Part shown: positions 10,444 to 20,265 of the stretch, piece after piece
Layout: every line of letters starts with the position of its first letter
Numbering within the stretch: position 1 is the stretch's first letter
Source of the DNA: an uncultured delta proteobacterium
Lineage (GTDB): Bacteria > Desulfobacterota > Binatia > Binatales > Binataceae
Direction: 5' to 3'
NCBI GenBank assembly: GCA_963796565.1
Contig: CAWCMA010000007.1
Coordinates: 487,044-551,043, forward strand
Length of the DNA stretch: 64,000 bases
Notes under the pieces: generated by a model
What the model saw: only the letters and a program-made list of their open reading frames with translations
What the model was told of the DNA's origin: nothing
Database searches by the model: none
Program-made: the position numbers and the translations under genes

Positions 10444-11574
10444 TTAGCCGAACATCTCTTTGAGCTTGTCGACGAAGCCCTTGGAGAGCGGATGGTTGAC
10501 GGCCTCGCCGTCGATGCTCGCGAACTCCTCGAGCAGCTCGCGCTGACGCGCGGTGAGCCGCCGCGGCGTCTCGACCACCATCCGCACGAGCTGGTCGCCG
10601 CGCCCGTAGCCGTGCAGATCGGGAAAGCCCTTGCCCTTGAGCCGGAAGACCTTGCCAGATTGCGCGCCGGCTTGGATTTTTAGCTTGACCTTACCGTCGA
10701 GCGTCGGCACTTCGACCTCGGTGCCGAGCGCGGCCTGCGGAAAGCTTACCGGCAGTTCGATCACTACGTCGTTGTCCTGGCGTACGAAGAGGTCATGCTC
10801 TTTGACGTGGACCACCACGTAGAGGTCGCCTGACGGCCCGCCACCCCATCCGGCCTCGCCCTCGCCGCGCAGTTTGAGGCGCGAGCCATTGTCGACCCCG
10901 GGCGGGATCTTTACCGAAAGCGACTCCGGGCGGCGGATGCGTCCCTGGCCTTGGCACGTGGGGCACGGGTCGGCGATGATCGTGCCTTCGCCGCGGCATT
11001 GGCCGCAGGTGGTGGCGATGGAAAAAAAGCCTTGCTGGGTGCGGACTTGGCCGGTGCCGCGGCAATTGGGACAGGTGCGGGCGCCCTCGGTGCCGCCGCG
11101 CGCTCGGCTTCCAGCGCAGGCGTCGCAAGTCGCCAGGCGCTGGAACTTGATCACCTTCTCGGAACCGCGCGCTGCTTCCTCGAACTCGACTTCGAGGTCG
11201 TAGCGCAGGTCGTCGCCGCGCCGCGAGCGCGAGCGGGTGCGTCCGCGCCCGGTGCCGAAGAAGTCGCCGAAAATATCCGAGAAGACTTCCTCGAAGCCCT
11301 GGGTGAACTCGAAACCGAAGCCGTTGCCTTGCGGACCCTGGAACGCGGCGTGGCCGTAACGGTCGTACTGCGCGCGCCGCTCCGGGTCGGACAGTACCTG
11401 GTACGCTTCGTTGAGTTCCTTGAAGCGCTCCTCGGCCTGCTTGTCGCCGGGGTTGCGGTCGGGATGAGACTGGATGGCGAGGCGGCGGTAGGCTTTCTTG
11501 AGATCTTCGTCGCCCGCGCCGCGATCGACGCCGAGGACCTCGTAATAGTCACGCTTTTTGGCCTGGGGCGGCAT
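10444..11574 (-). CDS. dnaJ: Chaperone DnaJ
   Basis: J-domain with HPD, a G/F region, and four CxxCxGxG repeats. Confidence 0.95.
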   Translation of the reverse strand: MPPQAKKRDYYEVLGVDRGAGDEDLKKAYRRLAIQSHPDRNPGDKQAEERFKELNEAYQVLSDPERRAQYDRYGHAAFQGPQGNGFGFEFTQGFEEVFSDIFGDFFGTGRGRTRSRSRRGDDLRYDLEVEFEEAARGSEKVIKFQRLATCDACAGSRARGGTEGARTCPNCRGTGQVRTQQGFFSIATTCGQCRGEGTIIADPCPTCQGQGRIRRPESLSVKIPPGVDNGSRLKLRGEGEAGWGGGPSGDLYVVVHVKEHDLFVRQDNDVVIELPVSFPQAALGTEVEVPTLDGKVKLKIQAGAQSGKVFRLKGKGFPDLHGYGRGDQLVRMVVETPRRLTARQRELLEEFASIDGEAVNHPLSKGFVDKLKEMFG

Positions 11575-11620
11575 CGGCGCAATTCTAGACTACGCTGCGA
11601 CCAAAAGTAAGCGGACCTCG

Positions 11621-11662
11621 GCGCGCTGTGTCACAGGATCGCGCCGAGGTCCGTCGGTCGGT
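11621..11662 (-). promoter_or_regulatory. Perfect 14-bp inverted repeat (CGGACCTCGGCGCG...CGCGCCGAGGTCCG) between dnaK and dnaJ
   Basis: Seen directly. The loop is itself palindromic. This is a typical dnaK-dnaJ intercistronic attenuator/processing hairpin. Confidence 0.5.
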
Positions 11663-11684
11663 CATTTGTTTCAATGCCAGCCGC

Positions 11685-13634
11685 TTACTTCACTTCTTTG
11701 AAATCGGCGTCGACCACGTCTTCCTTCTTTTCTTCGTGTGGCTGACCGCCGCCCGCCTCACCGGCGCCACCGGCGTGGCCGTCGTCTCCGGCGGGACCGC
11801 CAGCACCACCCTGAGCGCCGGCGCCCTGGCGGGTCTTGCTGTACATCATCTCAGCCAGCTTGTGCGACGCGGTCATCAAGGCCTCGGTGGTGCGGTTGAT
11901 CTCGTCGAGGTCCTTGGACTCCAACTTCTCCCTGGCCGCCGCGAGCGCGTCCTCGACCGATTTGCGTGCGGCCTCGTCGAGCGCCGCGCCGTTCTCCTTC
12001 AGCGTCTTCTCGGTGGTGTAGACCAGGTTGTCGAGCTTGTTGTGGGCCTCGGCCAACTGACGGCGCTGATGATCGTCCGCCGCGTGTTGCTGGGCCTCGT
12101 TCACCATCCGCTTGATCTCGTCCTCGTTCAGCCCCGAGGAAGCGGTGATCTTGATCGACTGCTCCTTGTTGGTGCCGAGGTCCTTGGCGTGGACGTTGAC
12201 GATGCCGTTGGCGTCGATATCGAAGGTGACCTCGATTTGCGGCAAACCGCGCTGGGCGGGCGGAATCCCGATCAGGTCGAACTGACCGAGCAGTTTGTTG
12301 TCGGCCGCCATCTCGCGTTCGCCCTGGAAGACCCGGATGGTGACTGCGGTCTGGTTGTCCTGGGCGGTCGAGAAAATCTGGCTCTTGCGGGTCGGGATAG
12401 TGGTGTTCTTGTCGATGAGCTTGGTGAACACGCCGCCCAGCGTCTCGATACCCAGCGACAGCGGCGTCACGTCGAGCAGCAGGACGTCCTTGACCTCGCC
12501 CTTGAGCACGCCGGCCTGGATCGCCGCGCCGATCGCCACGACCTCGTCAGGATTGACGCCCTTGTGGCCTTCCTTGCCGAACAGCTTACGCACCCGCTCC
12601 TGGACCGCCGGCATGCGGGTCATCCCGCCCACCAGCACGATCTCGTTGATGTCGCTGGCACGCAGCCCCGCATCCTTCAGCGCCGTTACGCAGGGATGGT
12701 CGAGTCGGTCGAGCAGGTCGGCGCATAGCGCCTCGAGCTTGGCCCGGGTGAGCTTGATATTGAGGTGCTTGGGGCCGGACTGGTCGGCGGTGATGAAGGG
12801 CAGGTTGATGTCGGTCTCCATCACCGTGGAGAGCTCCATCTTGGCCTTTTCGGCGGCTTCCTTCAGGCGCTGCAAAGCCATCCGGTCCGTGCGCAGATCG
12901 ATGCCCTGGTCCTTGCGGAACTCGTCGGCCAGGTAATCGATGACGCGCTGGTCGAAGTCCTCGCCGCCCAGGAAGGTGTCGCCATTGGTCGCCTTGACCT
13001 CGAACACGCCGTCGCCGATCTCCAGGATCGACACGTCGAAGGTGCCGCCGCCGAGGTCGAAGACCGCGATCTTTTCGTCCTTTTTCTTATCCAATCCGTA
13101 GGCGAGCGAGGCCGCGGTGGGCTCGTTGATGATGCGGAGCACGTTGAGCCCGGCGATGCGGCCGGCATCCTTGGTGGCCTGGCGCTGACTGTCATTGAAG
13201 TAGGCGGGCACCGTGATGACCGCCTCGGTCACCTTCTCGCCGAGATAGTCTTCGGCCGTCTGCTTCATCTTTTGCAGGATGAAAGCGGAAATCTCAGGCG
13301 GGCTGTACTTCTTGCCGCGGATTTCCACCCAACCCGCGCCGTCTTCGTTGCGTACGACCTTGTAAGGCAGCACCTTGAGCGCCTTCTGCACTTCGGGGTC
13401 TTCGAACCGCCGCCCCATCAGGCGCTTTATCGCGGACACCGTGTTGGTCGGGTTGGTGATCGCCTGGCGGCGCGCGATTTGTCCCACCAGCCGCTCGCCC
13501 GAATCCGTAAATGCGACGACCGACGGGGTGGTGCGGGCACCCTCTGAGTTGGCGATAACGACGGGGTCGCCCCCCTCCATCACCGCAACGCAACTGTTGG
13601 TCGTGCCCAGATCGATTCCGATTACTTTTGCCAT
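11685..13634 (-). CDS. dnaK: Chaperone DnaK (Hsp70)
   Basis: [18 protein letters not shown]... across the full Hsp70 length. Confidence 0.97.
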   Translation of the reverse strand: MAKVIGIDLGTTNSCVAVMEGGDPVVIANSEGARTTPSVVAFTDSGERLVGQIARRQAITNPTNTVSAIKRLMGRRFEDPEVQKALKVLPYKVVRNEDGAGWVEIRGKKYSPPEISAFILQKMKQTAEDYLGEKVTEAVITVPAYFNDSQRQATKDAGRIAGLNVLRIINEPTAASLAYGLDKKKDEKIAVFDLGGGTFDVSILEIGDGVFEVKATNGDTFLGGEDFDQRVIDYLADEFRKDQGIDLRTDRMALQRLKEAAEKAKMELSTVMETDINLPFITADQSGPKHLNIKLTRAKLEALCADLLDRLDHPCVTALKDAGLRASDINEIVLVGGMTRMPAVQERVRKLFGKEGHKGVNPDEVVAIGAAIQAGVLKGEVKDVLLLDVTPLSLGIETLGGVFTKLIDKNTTIPTRKSQIFSTAQDNQTAVTIRVFQGEREMAADNKLLGQFDLIGIPPAQRGLPQIEVTFDIDANGIVNVHAKDLGTNKEQSIKITASSGLNEDEIKRMVNEAQQHAADDHQRRQLAEAHNKLDNLVYTTEKTLKENGAALDEAARKSVEDALAAAREKLESKDLDEINRTTEALMTASHKLAEMMYSKTRQGAGAQGGAGGPAGDDGHAGGAGEAGGGQPHEEKKEDVVDADFKEVK

Positions 13635-13672
13635 GGTTTTGAGAAGCCTCTAACTTTCCAAATAATCACTAT

Positions 13673-14350
13673 TTAATTGTTTTCAACGCCGCCGTCGCCG
13701 TCTTCGCCGTTGTTTCGCGACGGGTGCCCACGCGATGGCGCCTTGGCAACTGCCACTCGCGCCGGGCGCAATACGCGCTCGCCAACCTGGTAGCCGCGAT
13801 GGAACTCGCTGATGACCGTGTTGGGTGGATGCTCGCCGCTCTCGACATGATCGACGGCTTCATGAAATTGCGGATCGAACGGCCGGCCCACCGATTCCCG
13901 TGGGATCACACCGTTGGTGCGCAGGAAGTCGAGCAGCGAGCGCAGCACCATCTCGACCCCTTCGACGATCGGCTTGCCGTTGCCACCACCGCGCGCGGCC
14001 TCGACCGCGCGTTCCAGGTTGTCGGTGATGGGCAGGAGGTCGCGGAGCAGATTCTCGCGCTGGAGCCGGACTGTATCTTCGCTCTGCTGGCGCATCCGCT
14101 TGCGGATGTTTTCGGTATCGGCCAAGGCGCGAAGATATTTGTCCTTGAGTTCGGCTACTTCCTTATCTTTGTTGGCGATTTGTTCGCGCAGCGCGGCCAT
14201 TTCCACGGACTGCGGCGCGGCCAGATCGTCGCGGCCTAGTTCTATTGTCCGCTCGGCCGGATCGTCGGTCGGTCCACGCTCATCGTGGCCCAGGCTCCAT
14301 TCGGCCGCGGACTCGTGGTGGCGATGCTTTTCGTCTTTATGTTTGCTCAT
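13673..14350 (-). CDS. grpE: Nucleotide exchange factor GrpE (alternative upstream start at 14389)
   Basis: GrpE coiled-coil and the DTENIRKR signature. No hrcA upstream. Confidence 0.9.
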   Translation of the reverse strand: MSKHKDEKHRHHESAAEWSLGHDERGPTDDPAERTIELGRDDLAAPQSVEMAALREQIANKDKEVAELKDKYLRALADTENIRKRMRQQSEDTVRLQRENLLRDLLPITDNLERAVEAARGGGNGKPIVEGVEMVLRSLLDFLRTNGVIPRESVGRPFDPQFHEAVDHVESGEHPPNTVISEFHRGYQVGERVLRPARVAVAKAPSRGHPSRNNGEDGDGGVENN

Positions 14351-14885
14351 CTCAGGTAAATGCGCGATTTCAGGATGCCTTCCCAACAAAGATAAGCATT
14401 ATTCCGGACGATGCCAGTCTCGGTGGTGGATTTCCCGAATCGCTCGGGCGCGCCTGGTGCGCTCTTTCGCTTGACGCACTCTCGGTCTCGTCCAGAGCGA
14501 CGAACGCGCATCGTACGTTCTGATGCTTGACGTCAACGACCTGGCCGGCTGAACATCCTCCAAACAAACTGTTCGTTGTCGTTTGGGTTCACTCCCGGCT
14601 CCTGGTTGAGCGACCGGATTGCGCGCCCGCCGGCGCCAAAATCCGGTCACTCTCATGTGCTAACCCGCGTCACCCTTGGCCCGCGCTCGTCCAGCAAAGT
14701 GCCCCGCTTCTTGCAGGAGAAGGGCGAAGGCCCTATGCCACTGCGCCAGGCCGGAGCGCGGCCCCTCGGTGCCGCCGCAATGCTGGCAATGAAGGGAAGT
14801 GATCTAACCGGTGCACGGATTCGCACCCTTAACGCGGTGGCGCATGTCACGTTGTCAGCCGCTTCGAAGCTGGAGAGAGATTTAA

Positions 14886-16628
14886 ATGAACGAACAGAAA
14901 CCGCTCAGGCTGTGGTCCATCGCGACAATTCTGCTCGCGTTTGTCGCCGCATGGGCAGTAGCAAGCAATTCGCAGAGCGAAGCTCCGGCCTCATTCGTAC
15001 CCACGGTGACCGCGACCAACCCCGCCGATGGGGCTACGGGCGTGGCCGTCAATCAGAAAATAGAGGTCACCTTCAGTCAGCGGATGTCTCCCACGTCGCT
15101 GAGTGCATCCCTAATCGTGCGACGGCCGAATGGCAGTATTGTTAGCGGTCACGTCAATTCCTACTACAGAACCGGCACTTTCATACCGTCTGTCAATCTT
15201 GCGCCCAATACCAAGTATACTGTCAGAGTGAGGCCCACGGCCTCCGATCTGGCGGGCGTCGCGCTGGGACATCCATTTGTGTGGAGCTTTACCACCGGCG
15301 CTACCCTCGATACTAGCAAGCCCACGGTGACTTTCACCAATCCCGCCGACTCCGCTGGGAGCGTACCTATCAATCAGCGAATCATCGCGATGTTCAGCAA
15401 GGAGATGTCTCCCGGTTCGCTCAGCACCGCCACGTTCGTGGTGACGAAGCCGGGCGGCGCCGCGATAATAGGCACCGTCGCTTACGCCTCAGAATCCGCC
15501 ACCTTCCGGTCCACATACGGTCTCAAACCTAACACTCACTATATAGCCACGATTACTACTGGAGCCAAAGATATCGCAGGCAATCCGTTGGCTAGCAACT
15601 ATGTATGGAGTTTTGACACTGGACCGAATGCGGACACGCTCAACCCCACCGTGACGTCCACAAATCCGGACAGTAACGCGACGCTTGTGCCGATCGATCA
15701 GAAGGTCAATGCGACTTTCAGCAAGGCGATGAACTATTCGACCATTACCACCGGGGATTTCCTCCTGACTTGGTCGGGCGGTCAGGTAGTCGGAACCGTA
15801 AGCTATTTCTATAATGCGACAAACAACGTCACGATCGCGACCTTTGCGCCCGCGGCCAACCTGCTGATCAATACCCTGTACACCGCCACCATCACCAATG
15901 AGGCCCAGGATCTGTCTGGCAATACACTGGCAGGGAATGAACCGTCAGGCGACTACGTATGGCAGTTTATGACCGGCACCACGACCGGTCAGGCCACGGT
16001 AGATCTTGGCGCCGCCACCGATTTCGCGGTGCTGGCCGCAGCAGGGGTCTCCAATACGTCGACTCCGACCACAATTACCGGCGACCTCGGGCTGTGGCCG
16101 GGAACCTCACTGACTGGTTTCCCGCCAGGAATCGTCAACGGTACGATGCATGTGAACGATCCCGCCGCTCAGGCCGCCGAGGCGGCGCTCGCCATCGCAT
16201 ACAACGACGCCGCGGGACGAGTGGGAGCGTTTACCCCGGCGGTCGGAAATATCGGCGGGCTGGTTTTCACCCCCGGCCTCTACAGGTCCGGAACGTCGAC
16301 CGAGATATCAGGAGGCGGAAACCTAACGCTCGACGCCCAAGGCGATCCAAATGCGGTATTTATTTTCCAGATCGCTTCCACCTTAACCACCTCGTCCGGC
16401 TTCGGGATCACGCTTGCAAACGGGGCCAAGTCTTCGCAGATATTCTGGCAGGTAGGTAGTTCAGCGACCATCGGCACGGGTAGTCACTTTGCCGGAAACA
16501 TACTGGCAAACACCTCGATCTCGCTGGTCAGCGGCGCGGTACTGGACGGAAGAGCACTGGCAGGAGCCGCCGACCTTACGGGCGCGGTTACGATGGATGA
16601 CAACACAGTCGTGAGGCCCGCTCCGTAG
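14886..16628 (+). CDS. Secreted protein: signal peptide + 4 tandem Big_5 (SbsA-like Ig) domains + C-terminal DUF3494 ice-binding-like beta-helix domain
   Basis: Four repeats begin P-TVT-TNPADGATGV..., PTVTFTNPADSAGSVPI..., NPTVTSTNPDSNATLVPI.... The C-terminal VDLGAATDFAVLAAAGVSNTSTPTTITGDLGLWPGTSLTGF matches the DUF3494 consensus. Confidence 0.8.
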   Translation: MNEQKPLRLWSIATILLAFVAAWAVASNSQSEAPASFVPTVTATNPADGATGVAVNQKIEVTFSQRMSPTSLSASLIVRRPNGSIVSGHVNSYYRTGTFIPSVNLAPNTKYTVRVRPTASDLAGVALGHPFVWSFTTGATLDTSKPTVTFTNPADSAGSVPINQRIIAMFSKEMSPGSLSTATFVVTKPGGAAIIGTVAYASESATFRSTYGLKPNTHYIATITTGAKDIAGNPLASNYVWSFDTGPNADTLNPTVTSTNPDSNATLVPIDQKVNATFSKAMNYSTITTGDFLLTWSGGQVVGTVSYFYNATNNVTIATFAPAANLLINTLYTATITNEAQDLSGNTLAGNEPSGDYVWQFMTGTTTGQATVDLGAATDFAVLAAAGVSNTSTPTTITGDLGLWPGTSLTGFPPGIVNGTMHVNDPAAQAAEAALAIAYNDAAGRVGAFTPAVGNIGGLVFTPGLYRSGTSTEISGGGNLTLDAQGDPNAVFIFQIASTLTTSSGFGITLANGAKSSQIFWQVGSSATIGTGSHFAGNILANTSISLVSGAVLDGRALAGAADLTGAVTMDDNTVVRPAP

Positions 16629-16651
16629 AGACTGAATTCCGGGCACGAACG

Positions 16652-16694
16652 CGCGGAGCGGGGCCGTCGTGGCTCCGCTCCGCGTTTTGTTTTG
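16652..16694. terminator. Rho-independent terminator shared by convergent genes (GCGGAGCGG...CCGCTCCGC + GTTTTGTTTTG)
   Basis: GC stem followed by a T-run, seen directly. Confidence 0.6.
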
Positions 16695-16737
16695 CGCCGC
16701 AGGGTGCACGCGTGCGCGTCAACCGTCAAAGCGAGCG

Positions 16738-17081
16738 TTAATGATAGTCATGGTCGTGTCCCTGCTCTCGCGATGCAACCCAGTTCGGATGATGTTGCTG
16801 CACCCACGTACGATTGTTTTGAACCCACCAGTCGCGATCATGCCACTGATGATGCTGGTCGTAGTCGCCCACTCGCGGCGGCGGCGGCGCGTATGCGTAT
16901 CCCGGAGGCCGAGCGTAACCGTATGCGGGCGCAGGGGCGGCGTATCCGTATGCGGGAGCCGGCGCATAAGTATAAGGCGCCGGTTGCGCGTACCTATGTC
17001 CGCCATAAAAGCATGCCTGGAGTGTCGCTGCCCCAACCACGAAAATCAGCGTTTTCAAGACCGGGAAAATTTTGCTTCTCA
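16738..17081 (-). CDS. Small secreted/lipoprotein with Tyr/Pro/Ala repeats and a His/Trp-rich C-terminus (candidate metal-binding)
   Basis: Start MRSKIFPVLKTLIFVVGAATLQAC (signal peptide/lipobox-like), then YAPAPAYGYAAPAPAYGYARPPGYAYAPPPP repeats, then DYDQHHQWHDRDWWVQNNRTWVQQHHPNW...HDHDYH. Confidence 0.55.
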
Positions 17082-17350
17082 TCCTCATCCCTCGACCCAA
17101 ATGAAGGAGCATCAAGGATGCCAGCGAAGAAGGTCCGGAAATCGGATGGTTTCGCGAATCGCGCGAGGGCAAGGTAACCCGAATTTTCCGGCGATGCACC
17201 AAAAGATACACGCTCTAACAACCGCGTCGCGCTGAACGCGTAATGGCTGGCCGCGCGCGGTTTTACAGTTCGGCCGGCTTTTTGTAGTGTGGGCGTAACC
17301 GGCCGCAATTCCTGGCGTATCCGGCCGCGCACGCATGGAGGTTTACAACG

Positions 17351-18622
17351 ATGCCCGATAAACCGCGGATGCTCGAAGGCTATCGAGTTCTGGACTTCAC
17401 CCAGTTCGTTGCCGGGCCGACCTGCACGCGCGTGTTGGCCGAGATGGGCGCCGACGTTATTAAGGTCGAACTCGCGCCCTCCGGCGACCGCGTGCGCGCC
17501 GGCGGACTCAAGCCGCTTTCGCCCGAGTACAAAGACTCCAGCCAGAGCAGCTATTACTTCCAGCACAATCACAGCAAGCTCAGTCTCGCGGTCGACATCA
17601 ACAAGCCGGGCGCGCGCGAGCTTATCTATTCGATGATCCCGAAGATCGACGTGGTGGTGGAAAACTACGCTCCCGGAATCATCAAGAAGATGGGTTTCGG
17701 GTACGACGAACTGCGCCAACGCAATCCGAAGATCATCATGTGCTCGATCTCGGCGCTGGGGCAGAGCGGCCCGCTCGCCTACAAGGTCGGTTACGACTAC
17801 ATGGGACAGGCCTACGCCGCGATCACCGACGGCGTCGGCGAAACCGATCGTCCGCCGGCGATCTTTACGATGGCGATTGGCGACGTGTCGACCGGGATGT
17901 CGGCGGCGATGGCGGTGGGCTTTGCGCTGCTCCATCGTGAGCGCACTGGCGAAGGCCAGTACATGGACGCCTCGATCCTCGACACTTACTTCCACATGCA
18001 CGAAGCGAACGTGCCGATGGTCTCGTTGCGCGGCAGCAAGTATCGTCCGACTCGCAGCGGATCGCAGCATCCGGGTGGCGGTCCTACCGGAATTTTCCGC
18101 TATCAGGGCGACCAGTACGTCTTCCTGGCCGTGATGCCACATCAGTGGCCGCAGATGGTGCGTGCGATGGGCAAGCCGGAACTGGCGAGCGACCCGCGCT
18201 TTCGCCACGCCCGCGGACGGCGGGACAACAACGAAGCGCTGAAGGTGATCATCGAGGAATGGCTCGGCAGCTTTCCCACCCGCGATGAGGCGCTGGCCGC
18301 GCTCGACAAGGAACGCGTCGCCTGCGCGCCCGTGCTCTCGCTCAACGAAGCGATGGAGCATCCGCACCTGCGCGCGCGCAACACCGTGCGCCGCGTAAAG
18401 GATCGCTTCCTCGGCGAACTCGACATCCCGGGCGTACCGGTCAAGTTCTCGGCCTGGCCCGACAAGCTCGACCTGCGCGCCGCGCTGCTGGGCGAGGACA
18501 ACGAGCGCGTGCTGCACGAGGTGCTCGGAATATCGGAGGACCGAATCAAGGCGCTGTATTCTGAAGGCGTGCTGGTGCGCGATCCGGTGCTCGAGCCGCA
18601 GCCGCAAGCCCAGGCGTCGTAA
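17351..18622 (+). CDS. CoA-transferase family III protein (CaiB/BaiF-like)
   Basis: N-terminal LEGYRVLDFTQFVAGPTCTRVLAEMGADVIKVE and GGSGP-type loops. GGAGG RBS. Confidence 0.85.
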   Translation: MPDKPRMLEGYRVLDFTQFVAGPTCTRVLAEMGADVIKVELAPSGDRVRAGGLKPLSPEYKDSSQSSYYFQHNHSKLSLAVDINKPGARELIYSMIPKIDVVVENYAPGIIKKMGFGYDELRQRNPKIIMCSISALGQSGPLAYKVGYDYMGQAYAAITDGVGETDRPPAIFTMAIGDVSTGMSAAMAVGFALLHRERTGEGQYMDASILDTYFHMHEANVPMVSLRGSKYRPTRSGSQHPGGGPTGIFRYQGDQYVFLAVMPHQWPQMVRAMGKPELASDPRFRHARGRRDNNEALKVIIEEWLGSFPTRDEALAALDKERVACAPVLSLNEAMEHPHLRARNTVRRVKDRFLGELDIPGVPVKFSAWPDKLDLRAALLGEDNERVLHEVLGISEDRIKALYSEGVLVRDPVLEPQPQAQAS

Positions 18623-18646
18623 ACCGTTCTCAGTCGCGTTCCGTTC

Positions 18647-19375
18647 TCAGTCGCGTTCGAGGATCGTTGCCAGCTCGCGCAGAAGCGCGGCGCCGTCGCC
18701 GCGCCACGCGCTGCCATGCATGCACGCCAGCACCGCAGGTTGCGTCGACGCCATCCGCTCGAGCAGCGCGCGCGCATTACGCGTGTGCGAAAAATAGTCG
18801 AGATGTGAGCGCAGCGCCTCGCTCGGCCCCAGGATGTCGGCCTCGGTAAGCGGCGCCGGTTTGCTGCCCGCCTGCGTGAATAGGTCCCCGCACAGCAGCG
18901 TGCGCGTGCGCTGCTCCATCAGGTATCCGCATTCCCAGCCGTGCGGCATGTGCGGCGCATCCAACCACCTCACCTCATGCGTGCCGAGCGAAAGTGTTTC
19001 GCCGTCGGCCATCTCGCGCGGCGGCCGGTCGGCAAAATCGCGAACCGAAGTCATCGCCGCAATCCGCCCGCAAAGCGGTGCCGCATTGGGCGCAGCCGCA
19101 AGCCATTCGTTGACTGAGCCGCACTCGTCGGCTTCAAAATGCGACAGCGCCACGTAGCGCAGCCGGGTCAGTGGAATCACCGAAGCAACCGCCTCACGCA
19201 CCAGCGGGAAAAGCTGTCGTCCTCCCATGTGAAACAACAGCGGATCATCGTCGACGACCAAGTACTGGTTGAAGGTAAATCCACCGGGGATCGTGTCGAT
19301 TGGCGTGCTGATCCGGTAGATCCCGTCCGCGATTTCATTGACGTTCGTTCCCGATTGAACGTCGGTAACTGGCAT
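18647..19375 (-). CDS. MBL-fold metallo-hydrolase
   Basis: Metallo-beta-lactamase-like core (SHFEADECG, HMPHG). Confidence 0.6.
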   Translation of the reverse strand: MPVTDVQSGTNVNEIADGIYRISTPIDTIPGGFTFNQYLVVDDDPLLFHMGGRQLFPLVREAVASVIPLTRLRYVALSHFEADECGSVNEWLAAAPNAAPLCGRIAAMTSVRDFADRPPREMADGETLSLGTHEVRWLDAPHMPHGWECGYLMEQRTRTLLCGDLFTQAGSKPAPLTEADILGPSEALRSHLDYFSHTRNARALLERMASTQPAVLACMHGSAWRGDGAALLRELATILERD

Positions 19376-19586
19376 CTTGTCCTCCGCGCGGCACGCTTGT
19401 GCGGCCGCAACGAAAAATCAACGGCTGGCGCGAGCGCCAGCATACGCCCCCCGCCACCTGTTTGACACGCGGCGCAAGGCGGAGATACACCCCGGATGAT
19501 CAACGGAGAGCCGGACAACCAAGCGGGTACGCGGGCGGCGGCCATCGGCGGCCGCGCACGAACCGAAGACGCGGAGGGATACTGCC

Positions 19587-20261
19587 ATGGCCGAGAACCC
19601 ACCTTCACGAATCATCGCGGTTACTGACATCGAGTGGAAGCGGCACGAGACGCTGGCGGGCATACGGCAGAAGGCGCTGTGGTCCGACCCCGCAACCGAG
19701 CGTCGCGCCGTCTTGACCCGCTTCGAACCGGGCGCAAGCCTGCCGATGCATCGCCACGTTGGCGATGAAATCCTGTACGTGATCGAAGGCGCGATCGCGG
19801 ACGAAGCCGGCACCATCAGCGCAGGCAACATGAGCTTCCGGCCCAACGGCTGTGTGCATAACGTTAGCAGTAAGAACGGAGCGACAGTGCTGGCGGTGGT
19901 CACCGGCGGAATCGAACCAGCCAAAGAAATGGGCGGCGCGCCGCGCTCGCGGCCTTTCGCGCTCAGCGAAATGCCTTGGCGCGACACGCTCCCCGGCGTG
20001 CGCCAGAAACTAATCTGGGAGGACAAGGCGACCAACCGCCGCGCCGTGCTGGCGCTGTTCGAGCCCGGCTCCGCGCTGCCGCGCCATCGCCACACCGGCG
20101 AGGAACTGCTCTACATGGTCGAGGGCTCGCACGCCGACGAAAGCGGCGAAGTCGCGACCGGCAACATGAGCATCCGGCCCAACGGCTGCACGCACAGTGT
20201 GAACTCGCGCAACGGCGCGATCTCGCTCGCATTCCTGTGGGGCGGCATCGAGATGGTGTAG
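19587..20261 (+). CDS. Bicupin protein (two ChrR-like cupin domains)
   Basis: The module LPxHRHxGxExLYxxEG...GNMSxRPNGCxHxV occurs twice in tandem. Confidence 0.7.
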   Translation: MAENPPSRIIAVTDIEWKRHETLAGIRQKALWSDPATERRAVLTRFEPGASLPMHRHVGDEILYVIEGAIADEAGTISAGNMSFRPNGCVHNVSSKNGATVLAVVTGGIEPAKEMGGAPRSRPFALSEMPWRDTLPGVRQKLIWEDKATNRRAVLALFEPGSALPRHRHTGEELLYMVEGSHADESGEVATGNMSIRPNGCTHSVNSRNGAISLAFLWGGIEMV

Positions 20262-20265
20262 CGAC

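Noticed and set aside
14390-14885. CIRCE/HrcA operator or sigma-32 promoter upstream of grpE
   Set aside because: Only a partial half-site (CACTC-TCAT-GTGCTAA at about 14648) was found. There is no full TTAGCACTC-N9-GAGTGCTAA and no hrcA gene. The sigma-32-like hexamers are unconvincing, so nothing is called.
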